NCBI GenBank assembly: GCA_002497295.1
Contig: DANO01000018.1
Coordinates: 11,909-75,908, forward strand
Length of the DNA stretch: 64,000 bases
Source of the DNA: Euryarchaeota archaeon UBA171
GTDB taxonomy: Archaea; Thermoplasmatota; Poseidoniia; Poseidoniales; Thalassarchaeaceae
Direction: 5' to 3'
The notes under the pieces are model-generated. The model had not been told where the DNA came from and ran no database searches. It saw nothing but the letters and a program-made list of their open reading frames with translations. A program made the position numbers and the translations under genes. Below are positions 1-8,522 of the stretch, piece after piece; position 1 is the first letter of the stretch; the number at the start of each line of letters is the position of its first letter.

Positions 1-3000
1 TTAGTGGAGCAACTCTTGCCGTCTCTTCTGGAATATGGGTCGAAGACTCCGTTTTGTTGATATCAGATACAGAGATAGAGAAATCGGATAATGGGATTTT
101 CGTACGCCACATATCCGAGGGATTCACGACACGCCCCACTCTGGAGAATATCTCCATCTCCAATTCGAAGTATCGCGGAATAATGGTTGAACAGTACAAT
201 CGATCCAAGTGGAATGATCTGAATGTGAATGCAATTATCAGGAATGCCACTGTTTCTGGAACAGGAGGGCCCGACTCAGAAACACAGGGCCTCGCCATCG
301 CAGCTGTTGAACTAAACACTAGTGGTGCATTTATCGAAGGCTTGAATCTAATTTCTAATCACGCTACTGGGCTCAAGGCATACATGATTGATGGCACATC
401 TGTATTCAGAAACATCACATCTTCCGACGACGGCTCAAGAAATCTCGGATCCGGCCCAGGGGAAATGGCCGGCATATATCTCAGAAGTGCTAGTTGGCCT
501 GTAACGTTGGAAGATATTAGCGTGACAGGCGCGCAAGGCTCCGGAATCCTCCTCTGGAAGGGAGGGGCAACTGGATACAATTGGACTACTACTCAGAATG
601 GTGGCGTAGGTATCGATGTCAGGGAGTTCCATCCAGAGGTAATAGGTATCGCATCTTCGATGAATCAACTCTCTGGTGTACGAATCATGGACTCATCTAA
701 TGTTTGGATAGAGAATGCTCTTACTTCCGGAAATGGCGCTATGGCGACGATAAATTCGGAAGGGGCAGGGTTTTCATTCATCCGTTCAAACGATTTTATC
801 AGTTCGGGCAAGAATGTGAGTTGTGTAAACTGCACATCCAATGGAGATAAAGTGGGTTTTTCCATTGTCGATAGCATAGATCTGCAGCTGATTGGGATTA
901 GCTCTGTTTTCCCATTATCCGGACTTGCAATATCTGGAGATGGGACCAATCTTCAGAGAAATGGTCCAGTTTTAATCCACGGAGCAGACTTGCAGACAGA
1001 TTCAATCAGTCCTGCTGTCGTAATGCAGTCGATCGACGCCCATCTTCTTGATGTGTCGATATCCGGAATATCTGGAGGGCTAGAGTGGTCCCCCTCTGGA
1101 TCATCAGAATCGAGTATGTTCAACAGTCAGATCACAGGAATCAGCGGATGTGCCTCATTCTCAGGATTCTATTCCCTGGCCATCGAGAATGTAATCTTTA
1201 ATTGCACCACTCAAAATTCGCCTTCATTCACCTCATCAAGCGTATCGCTGAGTGACGTCGAATTAATCGGCCCATCCTCTCTAAACCTCTCATCAGGAAG
1301 CATCGTAAATTGGGTCTCTTCCTCGCCGATCACTGAGCCATCATCGGACGATGATGACGATTTGCTAAACATCTCATGGAGGATTCAAGCAGCGGCAGTC
1401 AATCAAAACGGATATGGAATACCGTATGCAGAATTGAACCTCTCATTCGATTCACTTCAGCAAGACCAGATTCTGATTTTGCCCTATTCTGGTAGGTCAA
1501 ATACCGGTCCATACGTGGGCCAATCCTGGAATAATAGTTCAGGCTGGTCTCCCGTAGCCAGTGTACAAGGTGTTTGCTCCTATGGCGGCCACAGCAACTC
1601 AACAGACATCATGCTCCTGAATCAAGATATTTCGATGGTATGTGAAATTGATTTACCCAATCAACCCCCATTTGTCGTCTGGGACTCACCCAAAGATGGG
1701 TCGATTTTCGGGAGTTCGGACATGGTCATCCTGAATGCCACTCATTCATGGGATATGGATGATGACTCACTCACATACTTGTGGACAAGTTCGATTGATG
1801 GTATCTTAGCGGGGCCATCCGCTGGATCATCATATGTAATAGCGAATAGTGGACATGAGGCTGCTCCAAATCTAAGTGATGGTCAACATACTATCACTCT
1901 CGAGGTCTGCGACTCGACAGGCCTATGTTCGATCGAACAACGTTCAATCGAATTACTCAACCTCCCGCCTTCTGTATCCGTCGAAGCATCGCCTCAAATC
2001 TCTCCATTCGGGGTCATGAGTCTCGGAATGACGAGAAATGCGACTGTCGACTTGTCTGGGACTTATGATCCAGAAGATGACTCCCTCCTGTGTTGGATTC
2101 GAACCAGCTACGGTGCGAACATGTCTCTCAGCCCGCCATGCAATACGGCCTTCTCGATTGGCTTTGATCCATCAGAAGATGCATTCACTGCAACAGTATC
2201 TGTGTATGATGGCTCAAATCAGCCAGTTTCATGGACCTTTACTGTCGATCATTTCAATGAGTTACCTGAGATAAATCACTCAATCACCCGATTAGGAACA
2301 ACATCAGAGGATATGCTGGACATAAGCTTCGAAGGAACCTTGGATCCCGAAGGAGATACTCTCCACCTTTCAATCGAATCTGATTTGGATGGAATCATAT
2401 GGTCTGGAATTGAGGAATCCGATGGAAACTCTTGGCAAGGACGACTTTCAAAGGGCTCGCACCTGCTAACGTTGAGTGCATGGGACAATAGCCCTGAGAA
2501 TACGGGCCGAAAATCGTATGAACAGGTAGAAATTGAAGTCATCAATTCAGACCCAAGATCTGTAATCGCCTTTCCCCATGAGGGTTACACGACAGACTCT
2601 TCAAATTTGGTTGAATTCAGTTCAACCGGGTCAGGAGATCAGGATTTACACTGTTTGGAACTCCCTCAAGAGGGGTGGGGCCTACTGTGTTCCCCAAAAG
2701 AGTCTTCGAATGATTTAGTCAGTGTTACGTGGAATCTCAATGACCAATTGGAACCGCTTTCAACCGAATGGAGTTTTCAGTCTCGGCTTCCAGAAGGAAG
2801 TCATATCCTGACCCTCACAGTGGATGATGGATTGGGGAATCCTGCATATTCATTTGTTAATGTCACTGTTTCTCCCTCTGCCCCTATCATCGTGATAGAT
2901 AGGCCAGAAGACGGCACGTCTTCCAAATCAAATGAGAAAGTGGTCTTCGATCTTCGTAACTCGTTTGACGCAGATGGAAACCCCTTCTCAATGACGATTT

Positions 3001-3926
3001 ACTCTGATGTGCTCGAGACACCCATATTGAAAGACGTAAATCCAAATCAAATTCATGAAAGATATCTCTCAACGGGACAGCATAATCTCACAATCATCCT
3101 TGAGGATTCCATAGGGTTCTCAAGAACCACTGGAATATCTTTACTAATTCTTCCAAGTGCCCCCGTTGTAACTATTGCTTCCCCACAAGATGGACGCTTC
3201 TTTCCCCCCGGCGATCGAGTACTCCTCGACTCCACGGGAACTTTAGATTATGATGGCGATCTATTGCTCTTGGAATGGACTCTTGCTGATGGCACAACTC
3301 TTGGCTTCAACTCGATTATGGAGGCCAATCTACCGCCTGGGCAGCATATCATCGTACTAACTGCGAAAGACTCTAGAGGAACATTTGACCAAGACTCCAT
3401 CTCAATAATGGTGGGTTCGAGTGCCCCATTCCTCTCTTCTCTTTCAGTATCTCCGGACAGTCTAAACAGTAAACAGGCCCAGACGATAAAGATACAAGTA
3501 TCTCTGGTCGATCTTGATGGAACATCTGACCAGGTATCGGCTGTGTTAACAGTTTCAGGGAATCCCACAGTGGTCGAATTGAACGATGATGGGGTATTTG
3601 GAGATTCAGTACCGGGCGATGGGGTGTGGACAAGGAATGTCCAGGTGTCCCCTGATGATAGTGATTGGATGAGAATCGATGTATGGGCCAGAGATGGTGA
3701 CACAGTAAGTCCGACGCTTACGGTTACTATCCCGATAGAGAATGATGATTCGGATTCAGAAATAATTCAGATTATTCTGATAGGGGGTGCGGCGGCAGTA
3801 GCTCTCCTTGGTATAATCGGCCTAGTCGTCGCTCGTTCGAGACGAGCCTCTACGATAGCAGATATAGAAATGATCGAGTCATGGCGAGGATTTACTTCCG
3901 ATCCAGAAGATGAAGCGTTCGAATAG
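1..3926 (+). CDS. Cell-surface protein, 5'-truncated at window edge: parallel beta-helix-like N-region, about six PKD/Ig-like modules, C-terminal TM anchor
   Basis: The frame is open from nt 3 with no stop upstream of the TTG at 54, so the gene probably starts outside the window. The N-terminal ~430 aa are degenerate short G/N/S/I-rich repeats typical of right-handed beta-helices. Repeated Ig-like modules end in G(Q/S)HxxT(L/I)xxxD motifs (DGQHTITLEVCDSTG, KGSHLLTLSAWD, EGSHILTLTVDDGLG, TGQHNLTIILEDSIG, PGQHIIVLTAKDSRG). They are preceded by PKD-like DPEDDSL / LDPEGDTL / LDYDGDLL motifs. The C-terminal helix IIQIILIGGAAAVALLGIIGLVVA is followed by RSRR and a short acidic tail. Confidence 0.75.
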   Translation, partial: SGATLAVSSGIWVEDSVLLISDTEIEKSDNGIFVRHISEGFTTRPTLENISISNSKYRGIMVEQYNRSKWNDLNVNAIIRNATVSGTGGPDSETQGLAIAAVELNTSGAFIEGLNLISNHATGLKAYMIDGTSVFRNITSSDDGSRNLGSGPGEMAGIYLRSASWPVTLEDISVTGAQGSGILLWKGGATGYNWTTTQNGGVGIDVREFHPEVIGIASSMNQLSGVRIMDSSNVWIENALTSGNGAMATINSEGAGFSFIRSNDFISSGKNVSCVNCTSNGDKVGFSIVDSIDLQLIGISSVFPLSGLAISGDGTNLQRNGPVLIHGADLQTDSISPAVVMQSIDAHLLDVSISGISGGLEWSPSGSSESSMFNSQITGISGCASFSGFYSLAIENVIFNCTTQNSPSFTSSSVSLSDVELIGPSSLNLSSGSIVNWVSSSPITEPSSDDDDDLLNISWRIQAAAVNQNGYGIPYAELNLSFDSLQQDQILILPYSGRSNTGPYVGQSWNNSSGWSPVASVQGVCSYGGHSNSTDIMLLNQDISMVCEIDLPNQPPFVVWDSPKDGSIFGSSDMVILNATHSWDMDDDSLTYLWTSSIDGILAGPSAGSSYVIANSGHEAAPNLSDGQHTITLEVCDSTGLCSIEQRSIELLNLPPSVSVEASPQISPFGVMSLGMTRNATVDLSGTYDPEDDSLLCWIRTSYGANMSLSPPCNTAFSIGFDPSEDAFTATVSVYDGSNQPVSWTFTVDHFNELPEINHSITRLGTTSEDMLDISFEGTLDPEGDTLHLSIESDLDGIIWSGIEESDGNSWQGRLSKGSHLLTLSAWDNSPENTGRKSYEQVEIEVINSDPRSVIAFPHEGYTTDSSNLVEFSSTGSGDQDLHCLELPQEGWGLLCSPKESSNDLVSVTWNLNDQLEPLSTEWSFQSRLPEGSHILTLTVDDGLGNPAYSFVNVTVSPSAPIIVIDRPEDGTSSKSNEKVVFDLRNSFDADGNPFSMTIYSDVLETPILKDVNPNQIHERYLSTGQHNLTIILEDSIGFSRTTGISLLILPSAPVVTIASPQDGRFFPPGDRVLLDSTGTLDYDGDLLLLEWTLADGTTLGFNSIMEANLPPGQHIIVLTAKDSRGTFDQDSISIMVGSSAPFLSSLSVSPDSLNSKQAQTIKIQVSLVDLDGTSDQVSAVLTVSGNPTVVELNDDGVFGDSVPGDGVWTRNVQVSPDDSDWMRIDVWARDGDTVSPTLTVTIPIENDDSDSEIIQIILIGGAAAVALLGIIGLVVARSRRASTIADIEMIESWRGFTSDPEDEAFE

Positions 3927-4691
3927 TCAGTTATCGTCAAGTCCCCAAGGCGTTCTTTCTCTGGTTAGCCCCATCCTAAGGGTGAATAGTGACATAAGAT
4001 TGCCAAACCCGTCTCTCCATGTGTTAATTTCAGCTTCGCCAACTCTCGACCTGTATGGCACGCTAATCTCCCTTCTACGGCTGCTTGCTAATTTCGTCAT
4101 ACATCGAATCTTGAATTCTTGAGACATTGCCATTCCATCATGCTTGGGCCGGAGATCTTTGCGATCAAGAATACTACGTCTGAAGACCCACATACCGCTC
4201 TGTGAATCTGAAATGGGTGCGAAGAAGAGAAGCCTCGTAAAGAAGGTGAGAGTCTTATTCCCAAGACTGTGGAGTATTGACATAGAGCCATCTTCTGCCT
4301 TTGAGAGTCTGTCACACGTGATAAAATCCAAATCTTCGTCAATCAGCATCTTGACCAGAGAAGGGATTTCTTCTCCAGGATATGTGCAGTCAGCGTCCAT
4401 TGTCACGATTATATCAGCATCAGAGAGAGCGAATCCTGTTCTGTAGGCCCGCCCGTATCCTTTCCTTTCTTCTAAGTGAACTCTCGCACCCACATTTTCT
4501 GCCAGCTCCCTTGTCCTGTCCTTTGAGTTTCCATCTACAACTATGAATCCAAGTTCACGACACCATTTTCCAGTGGGCACTGATTTGATTGTATCGACAA
4601 TGGCTGCCTCTTCGTTCCTTGTCGGTATTACAACATCGACGCGCACGTCTATACTGTTGCCGGCCATACCCTTTCCACTGATTTCTCCCAC
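3927..4691 (-). CDS. Family 2 glycosyltransferase (dolichyl-phosphate sugar synthase-like)
   Basis: GT-A motifs: VDVVIPTRNEE, VVDGNSKDRT, and a DAD-type motif in IIVTMDADCTYP. Length is 254 aa. Its stop abuts the stop of the surface-protein gene with zero intergenic nt. Confidence 0.85.
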   Translation of the reverse strand: MGEISGKGMAGNSIDVRVDVVIPTRNEEAAIVDTIKSVPTGKWCRELGFIVVDGNSKDRTRELAENVGARVHLEERKGYGRAYRTGFALSDADIIVTMDADCTYPGEEIPSLVKMLIDEDLDFITCDRLSKAEDGSMSILHSLGNKTLTFFTRLLFFAPISDSQSGMWVFRRSILDRKDLRPKHDGMAMSQEFKIRCMTKLASSRRREISVPYRSRVGEAEINTWRDGFGNLMSLFTLRMGLTRERTPWGLDDN

Positions 4692-4746
4692 TTAACGACT
4701 AGTGGTACGTTCATGCCGGCGAATACTTCATTTCTCCAAGTCTTGA

Positions 4747-5847
4747 GTGAGTGGTATGAGTGGCGATGCCCGACTAGGTACAAGCGGACTCAGATTACGC
4801 ACTGCGACCAACTTGGCCGTGTTGATGTTTGTCGTGATAATCGCTATCAAGGAACTTTCAACAATCATCCAGCCAATGGTTGTAGCTATATTCCTATTTT
4901 TCGCAATACGCCCTCCTGCATCATGGCTTGAAGATAGATTCGGGCATCCATTGTTGTCATATAGCGCAATCTTAGTCACTTTCCTCGGCGGTATACTTCT
5001 TGTTAGTCAGATACTATACTCTAGCCTATCTGAATTCTCGAGCGAAGTAGACAATCTAACGCCCATATTCAACGAACGTCTCGAGCAGGTGGAGGGGATG
5101 GAATTCTACGGGTATAGCATTGATCTTGCTGGCTTGAAAACAGTGATATCGATTGAAGAGATAAATCGTCTAGTCACTGAGTTCATAGGCTCTCTAGCCT
5201 CATTCACTGCTAATCTACTGACTGTTCTGATATTCTTGGCTTTCATCATTCTAGAAGCTGAATCTCTTCCAAGAAGGATTATGGCCGCCTTTCCCGCCGA
5301 ATCAGCACGCTTCGACAATATTGCCAACAAGGCGGAGCGAAACATCAACGTGTACATCAAAACAAAGGCAACTGTTGCTTTCGGGCAGGCAGTCATTGCA
5401 GGCATCGCATTGACTTTATTCGATATACCAGGGGCATTTATCTGGGCATTCTTGGTTTTCCTTCTAGATTTCATACCCTATCTCGGTGCGCTTCTTTCAT
5501 TCATACCCCCGGTCATTCTCGCATTCATCATACTGGAACCGGCCGGATTCCTCGCAGTCGTATTCATTCTGGTTGCAAATCAGCAGGTTTGGGGAAGCAT
5601 AGTCGAACCCCAGTTAGCCGGGCAGAGGTTGGATATGTCGCCCATAGTTCTCCTGGCCCTGGTGGCTTTTTGGTATTGGGCGTGGGGCCTCACGGGAATG
5701 ATCCTCGGCGTACCTCTGGCAGTCATTATGAAGATCTTACTCGAGTCGGATGAGCGCACACTGCCAATTGCAATTATGCTATCGAGAAATCCACCCTCAT
5801 CTGTGGACAACAACGATCAGGTTTCCATCGGTCGAGACTCTGAGTAG
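4747..5847 (+). CDS. AI-2E family transporter (PerM/UPF0118-like permease)
   Basis: Polytopic membrane protein with the characteristic central region VYIKTKATVAFGQAVIAGIALTLFDIPGAFIWAFLVFLLDFIPYLGALLSFIPPVILAF. GTG start at 4747; alternative ATG at 4756. Confidence 0.8.
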   Translation: MSGMSGDARLGTSGLRLRTATNLAVLMFVVIIAIKELSTIIQPMVVAIFLFFAIRPPASWLEDRFGHPLLSYSAILVTFLGGILLVSQILYSSLSEFSSEVDNLTPIFNERLEQVEGMEFYGYSIDLAGLKTVISIEEINRLVTEFIGSLASFTANLLTVLIFLAFIILEAESLPRRIMAAFPAESARFDNIANKAERNINVYIKTKATVAFGQAVIAGIALTLFDIPGAFIWAFLVFLLDFIPYLGALLSFIPPVILAFIILEPAGFLAVVFILVANQQVWGSIVEPQLAGQRLDMSPIVLLALVAFWYWAWGLTGMILGVPLAVIMKILLESDERTLPIAIMLSRNPPSSVDNNDQVSIGRDSE

Positions 5848-6405
5848 TGACGATTCTGAGATATTGTGTAATCCTCTTGTCGAGAGTGAGAAAAACTCGT
5901 TTTCAATCGACCATCTCCCACCTTTTAGTGTAACAGATTGACAAGGCTCAAGAGCAAAAACTGAGAAGTGTTTTCCAGGTTCAATATCAATCAAAAAATC
6001 AATACAACCAGGAGCAACTCTGTAACTCACAGTTTGACTGGAGTGAAGCCTCATTGTGACCTCACTCGGTGCCTCAACGACTGAACCCCATATCCCTAGT
6101 TGATGCCCCTCACATCCACCCTCTATCCCAATCACGTCCATCTGATCATATCCTTTCTTGTACAGATATCGAATCGCCTTCGAAAGATCACTGGACTCCT
6201 GATTTTCAAGTTGAATTTTCTCAACACCTTCGTGTGAATTTTGAGTCGAGTCCAAATCACCGAGAATAATATCAACTTGGACGCCAGCTCTTAGTGCCCG
6301 ATCGCTACCTCCGTCTATTCCCACTATCAGGTCGGCTTCAGAGATAAGCGATCTCCGAATATCCGCGGATGGCCCATTCGAGTTAAGCCACAATACAGCG
6401 CGCAT
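5797..6405 (-). CDS. Thiamine pyrophosphokinase
   Basis: IVGIDGGSDRALRAGVQVDIILGDLDS matches the GDFDS-type motif. ESSDLSKAI and GIEGGCEGHQLG match the TPK catalytic-domain pattern, followed by a C-terminal beta-sandwich-like region. The 3' end overlaps the convergent transporter gene by 51 nt. Confidence 0.65.
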   Translation of the reverse strand: MRAVLWLNSNGPSADIRRSLISEADLIVGIDGGSDRALRAGVQVDIILGDLDSTQNSHEGVEKIQLENQESSDLSKAIRYLYKKGYDQMDVIGIEGGCEGHQLGIWGSVVEAPSEVTMRLHSSQTVSYRVAPGCIDFLIDIEPGKHFSVFALEPCQSVTLKGGRWSIENEFFSLSTRGLHNISESSLLRVSTDGNLIVVVHR

Positions 6406-7421
6406 TACCTGGACCTCGACATATATTTTCCATCTACGACGAGCGCCTTGCCATCAATTTCAATCGTTGGTTTGATGAGGAGTCCTCGGACATTGGTTGA
6501 AACATTTGCAGAGCCACCAAGACCCGAATTATTGCCAAACGCAAACATGGCGCCTCCTCTCCAGCATTGATCTTCAAGAAGACCGAGACCTCTCTTGGCT
6601 CTTGGATTCATGCCGAAACTGAACTCTGAGAAGGTTCTGACAAGATGCCCCTTGCCCGATCGCATTCCCTCTGATGCCAATTCGAATTCTGATTCAATGT
6701 CTGCAGAAATAGGATCGCCCGTTGCAGATGATAACAACCCGTCTTTGATCACAATCTGCAGCGGCTTCCCAAGCTCACTACCTTCCCATGAGCCATTGAG
6801 AATGAGCCTTCCTTGAGCAGTGCCCTCCTTGGGCATGACAAATACTCTCCCAGCAGGTAGATTCGTGACTTGCCCCGGACGAGTGCAAATGCCTGTATCC
6901 TCCAGTATCCATCTACTTCCTGATTGGAAGCGCAAATCAGTTCCAAGAGAACTTGTGACTCTGACTTCACGTGCTCTTCGAAGTCTAGACCCCATACTCG
7001 CGATTTCAGTCGCCATTGCGTTATGGTCCGCTGTAAATCCGCCTCTGGCAAATGACTCAACCCCAACTCCTGGAATTGATGCTATTCTTGCACCCTCTTT
7101 CGAGGCCGCAGCCCTTGCCCTTGTATGAGTCATCGACTTCGTGGTCAAGAGAAATATCACGTCCTGTCTCCTCATCAAATCGGATACAGGAGAAGGCGGC
7201 TCAATCCCTTGCTCTTCGAGTTCCGGCATCATCATCATCAGCACTCTTGAAGTTACTTCAGAAGACGCCTCATACACTGCTCTTGCAATTTTAGTCGTCT
7301 TGGTGTCGGTTACGATAAGTACATTCTCATGCTCTCGAACTTCCAAGCATGAATGAATAACCGTCCTCGCAGATATCAGTAGGTCTTCCTCACTAACATC
7401 TATTTCACTTGATTCAACCAC
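6405..7421 (-). CDS. M29 (aminopeptidase T/AmpS)-like aminopeptidase family protein
   Basis: At 338 aa, the overall pattern resembles the COG2309 family: N-terminal VLIVTD...AR..YEA, NLPAGRVF, and C-terminal FSFGMNP...GGAMFAFG. This is a family-level call from memory. TAATG overlap with the downstream TPK gene. Confidence 0.55.
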   Translation of the reverse strand: MVESSEIDVSEEDLLISARTVIHSCLEVREHENVLIVTDTKTTKIARAVYEASSEVTSRVLMMMMPELEEQGIEPPSPVSDLMRRQDVIFLLTTKSMTHTRARAAASKEGARIASIPGVGVESFARGGFTADHNAMATEIASMGSRLRRAREVRVTSSLGTDLRFQSGSRWILEDTGICTRPGQVTNLPAGRVFVMPKEGTAQGRLILNGSWEGSELGKPLQIVIKDGLLSSATGDPISADIESEFELASEGMRSGKGHLVRTFSEFSFGMNPRAKRGLGLLEDQCWRGGAMFAFGNNSGLGGSANVSTNVRGLLIKPTIEIDGKALVVDGKYMSRSR

Positions 7422-7523
7422 GCGCGCTACACCTCCGATATACTACTCGCCTACGGTCGACCTTGGTAAAACGTCTGTATCAAAATACGCCATCCCTCAA
7501 CAAAAACATTCCAAGATTTCCAT

Positions 7524-8354
7524 CTACTGGGTAAGTCTGGCTCTCGATACTTCCTTTGACACGGATAATGCATTCGTGCCAATTTCTGAGACTTTCCATT
7601 TCGGCCTTCTGCCGTTCGAAGCCGTTTCAACCATTTCTGATTGACGCAATTCTCTGAGATGGTGGCTGAGTAACTGTCTCGATATCGACATTTTGTTCTG
7701 AATTTCCTTTCCAGTCAATCCAAATTGGCCTGATTTAGCAAGTATCTCCAACACAGCCAGTCGAGTTCCCACTATTGGATTTCGTATACGCCCAATTTCT
7801 TCTTTGGATAACTTGGATACTGCATACCGCCTTAGTTTACCATCGCGCCAAGAAATGACTTCTCCACGACTCTCGAGAAGATGTAGGTGATACGATGTCA
7901 CTCCATTAGCTAGACCAAGACCATCTCTAAGAGCTGAGAAATGTATTCCTGCATTACCTTCGAGATAGCCAAGAATACGCCCCCGTGTCAGCATATCGTC
8001 GCGACTACTCTTCATCCCAGCCACCAAGGGAGAGATCAAGGCAGCTAATACTGCAACTTTCACAAATTCAAGAACAAATGAACCCAGTATTAGGGATCCA
8101 ATAATTCCTATGCCACCAGCCAGCAAGCCACTGGAGAGAGGGGACTCAGAATGTTCAGCCTCCCTGTTGCTACTCCCTCGCCCATCGTCTTCATCTGAAT
8201 CGGCTGCGTATTCAGCCTCAAGAGCAAGATCATCCGATTCATCATCAATCGATAAGACAGAATTTTCTGATGGAGAATATGCGATCCACATGCTGGAGAG
8301 TATCGCAGATATAGCGAATAAAGTTATGATTCTGACGACAATGACGTCTTTCAT
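7524..8354 (-). CDS. Membrane-anchored transcriptional regulator with two winged-helix (ArsR/MarR-like) domains
   Basis: N-terminal hydrophobic helix (VIVVRIITLFAISAILSSMWIAY), an acidic Ser/Asp/Glu-rich linker, and a second long hydrophobic stretch (LLAGGIGIIGSLILGSFVLEFVKVAVLAALISPLVAG). Two wHTH-like units follow: GIHFSALRDGLGLANGVTSYHLHLLESRGEVISWRDGKLRRY, and TRLAVLEILAKSG..TGKEIQNKMSISRQLLSHHLRELRQSEMVE. Confidence 0.6.
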   Translation of the reverse strand: MKDVIVVRIITLFAISAILSSMWIAYSPSENSVLSIDDESDDLALEAEYAADSDEDDGRGSSNREAEHSESPLSSGLLAGGIGIIGSLILGSFVLEFVKVAVLAALISPLVAGMKSSRDDMLTRGRILGYLEGNAGIHFSALRDGLGLANGVTSYHLHLLESRGEVISWRDGKLRRYAVSKLSKEEIGRIRNPIVGTRLAVLEILAKSGQFGLTGKEIQNKMSISRQLLSHHLRELRQSEMVETASNGRRPKWKVSEIGTNALSVSKEVSRARLTQ

Positions 8355-8398
8355 CGACTCTTGAAATCCAACCCTCCCCTATGATTGCCGTGGTGAGT

Positions 8399-8478
8399 TG
8401 ATTTGACAAATAATAGAATCAACTCGGACAGAATGCCTTGATTATATATTCAAAAATAAATAATAATTTGTCAAATCA
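8399..8478. promoter_or_regulatory. Divergent promoter/operator: mirrored 16-nt elements (ATwATTTGTCAAATCA), each 44 nt upstream of its start codon
   Basis: The + strand at 8463-8478 reads ATAATTTGTCAAATCA. The reverse complement of 8399-8414 reads ATTATTTGTCAAATCA (15/16 identical). Gap to ATG 8523 is 44 nt, and gap to the minus-strand ATG at 8354 is also 44 nt. The ATwATTT part is TATA-like. This is the only strongly AT-rich intergenic region in the window. An additional 9-bp inverted repeat (GAGTTGATT 8395-8403 / AATCAACTC 8417-8425) overlaps arm 1. Confidence 0.5.
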
Positions 8479-8522
8479 TAATACCAAGTCGTTCATATCT
8501 TAAGGTGTGCCGAGTTATTCCC

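Noticed and set aside
8505-8522. GTG 8505 as the start of the beta-propeller gene (ORF-track start)
   Set aside because: It adds MCRVIP before a canonical signal peptide that begins at ATG 8523. The 8523 start gives exact 44-nt symmetry with the divergent gene. GTG 8505 cannot be excluded without experimental data.
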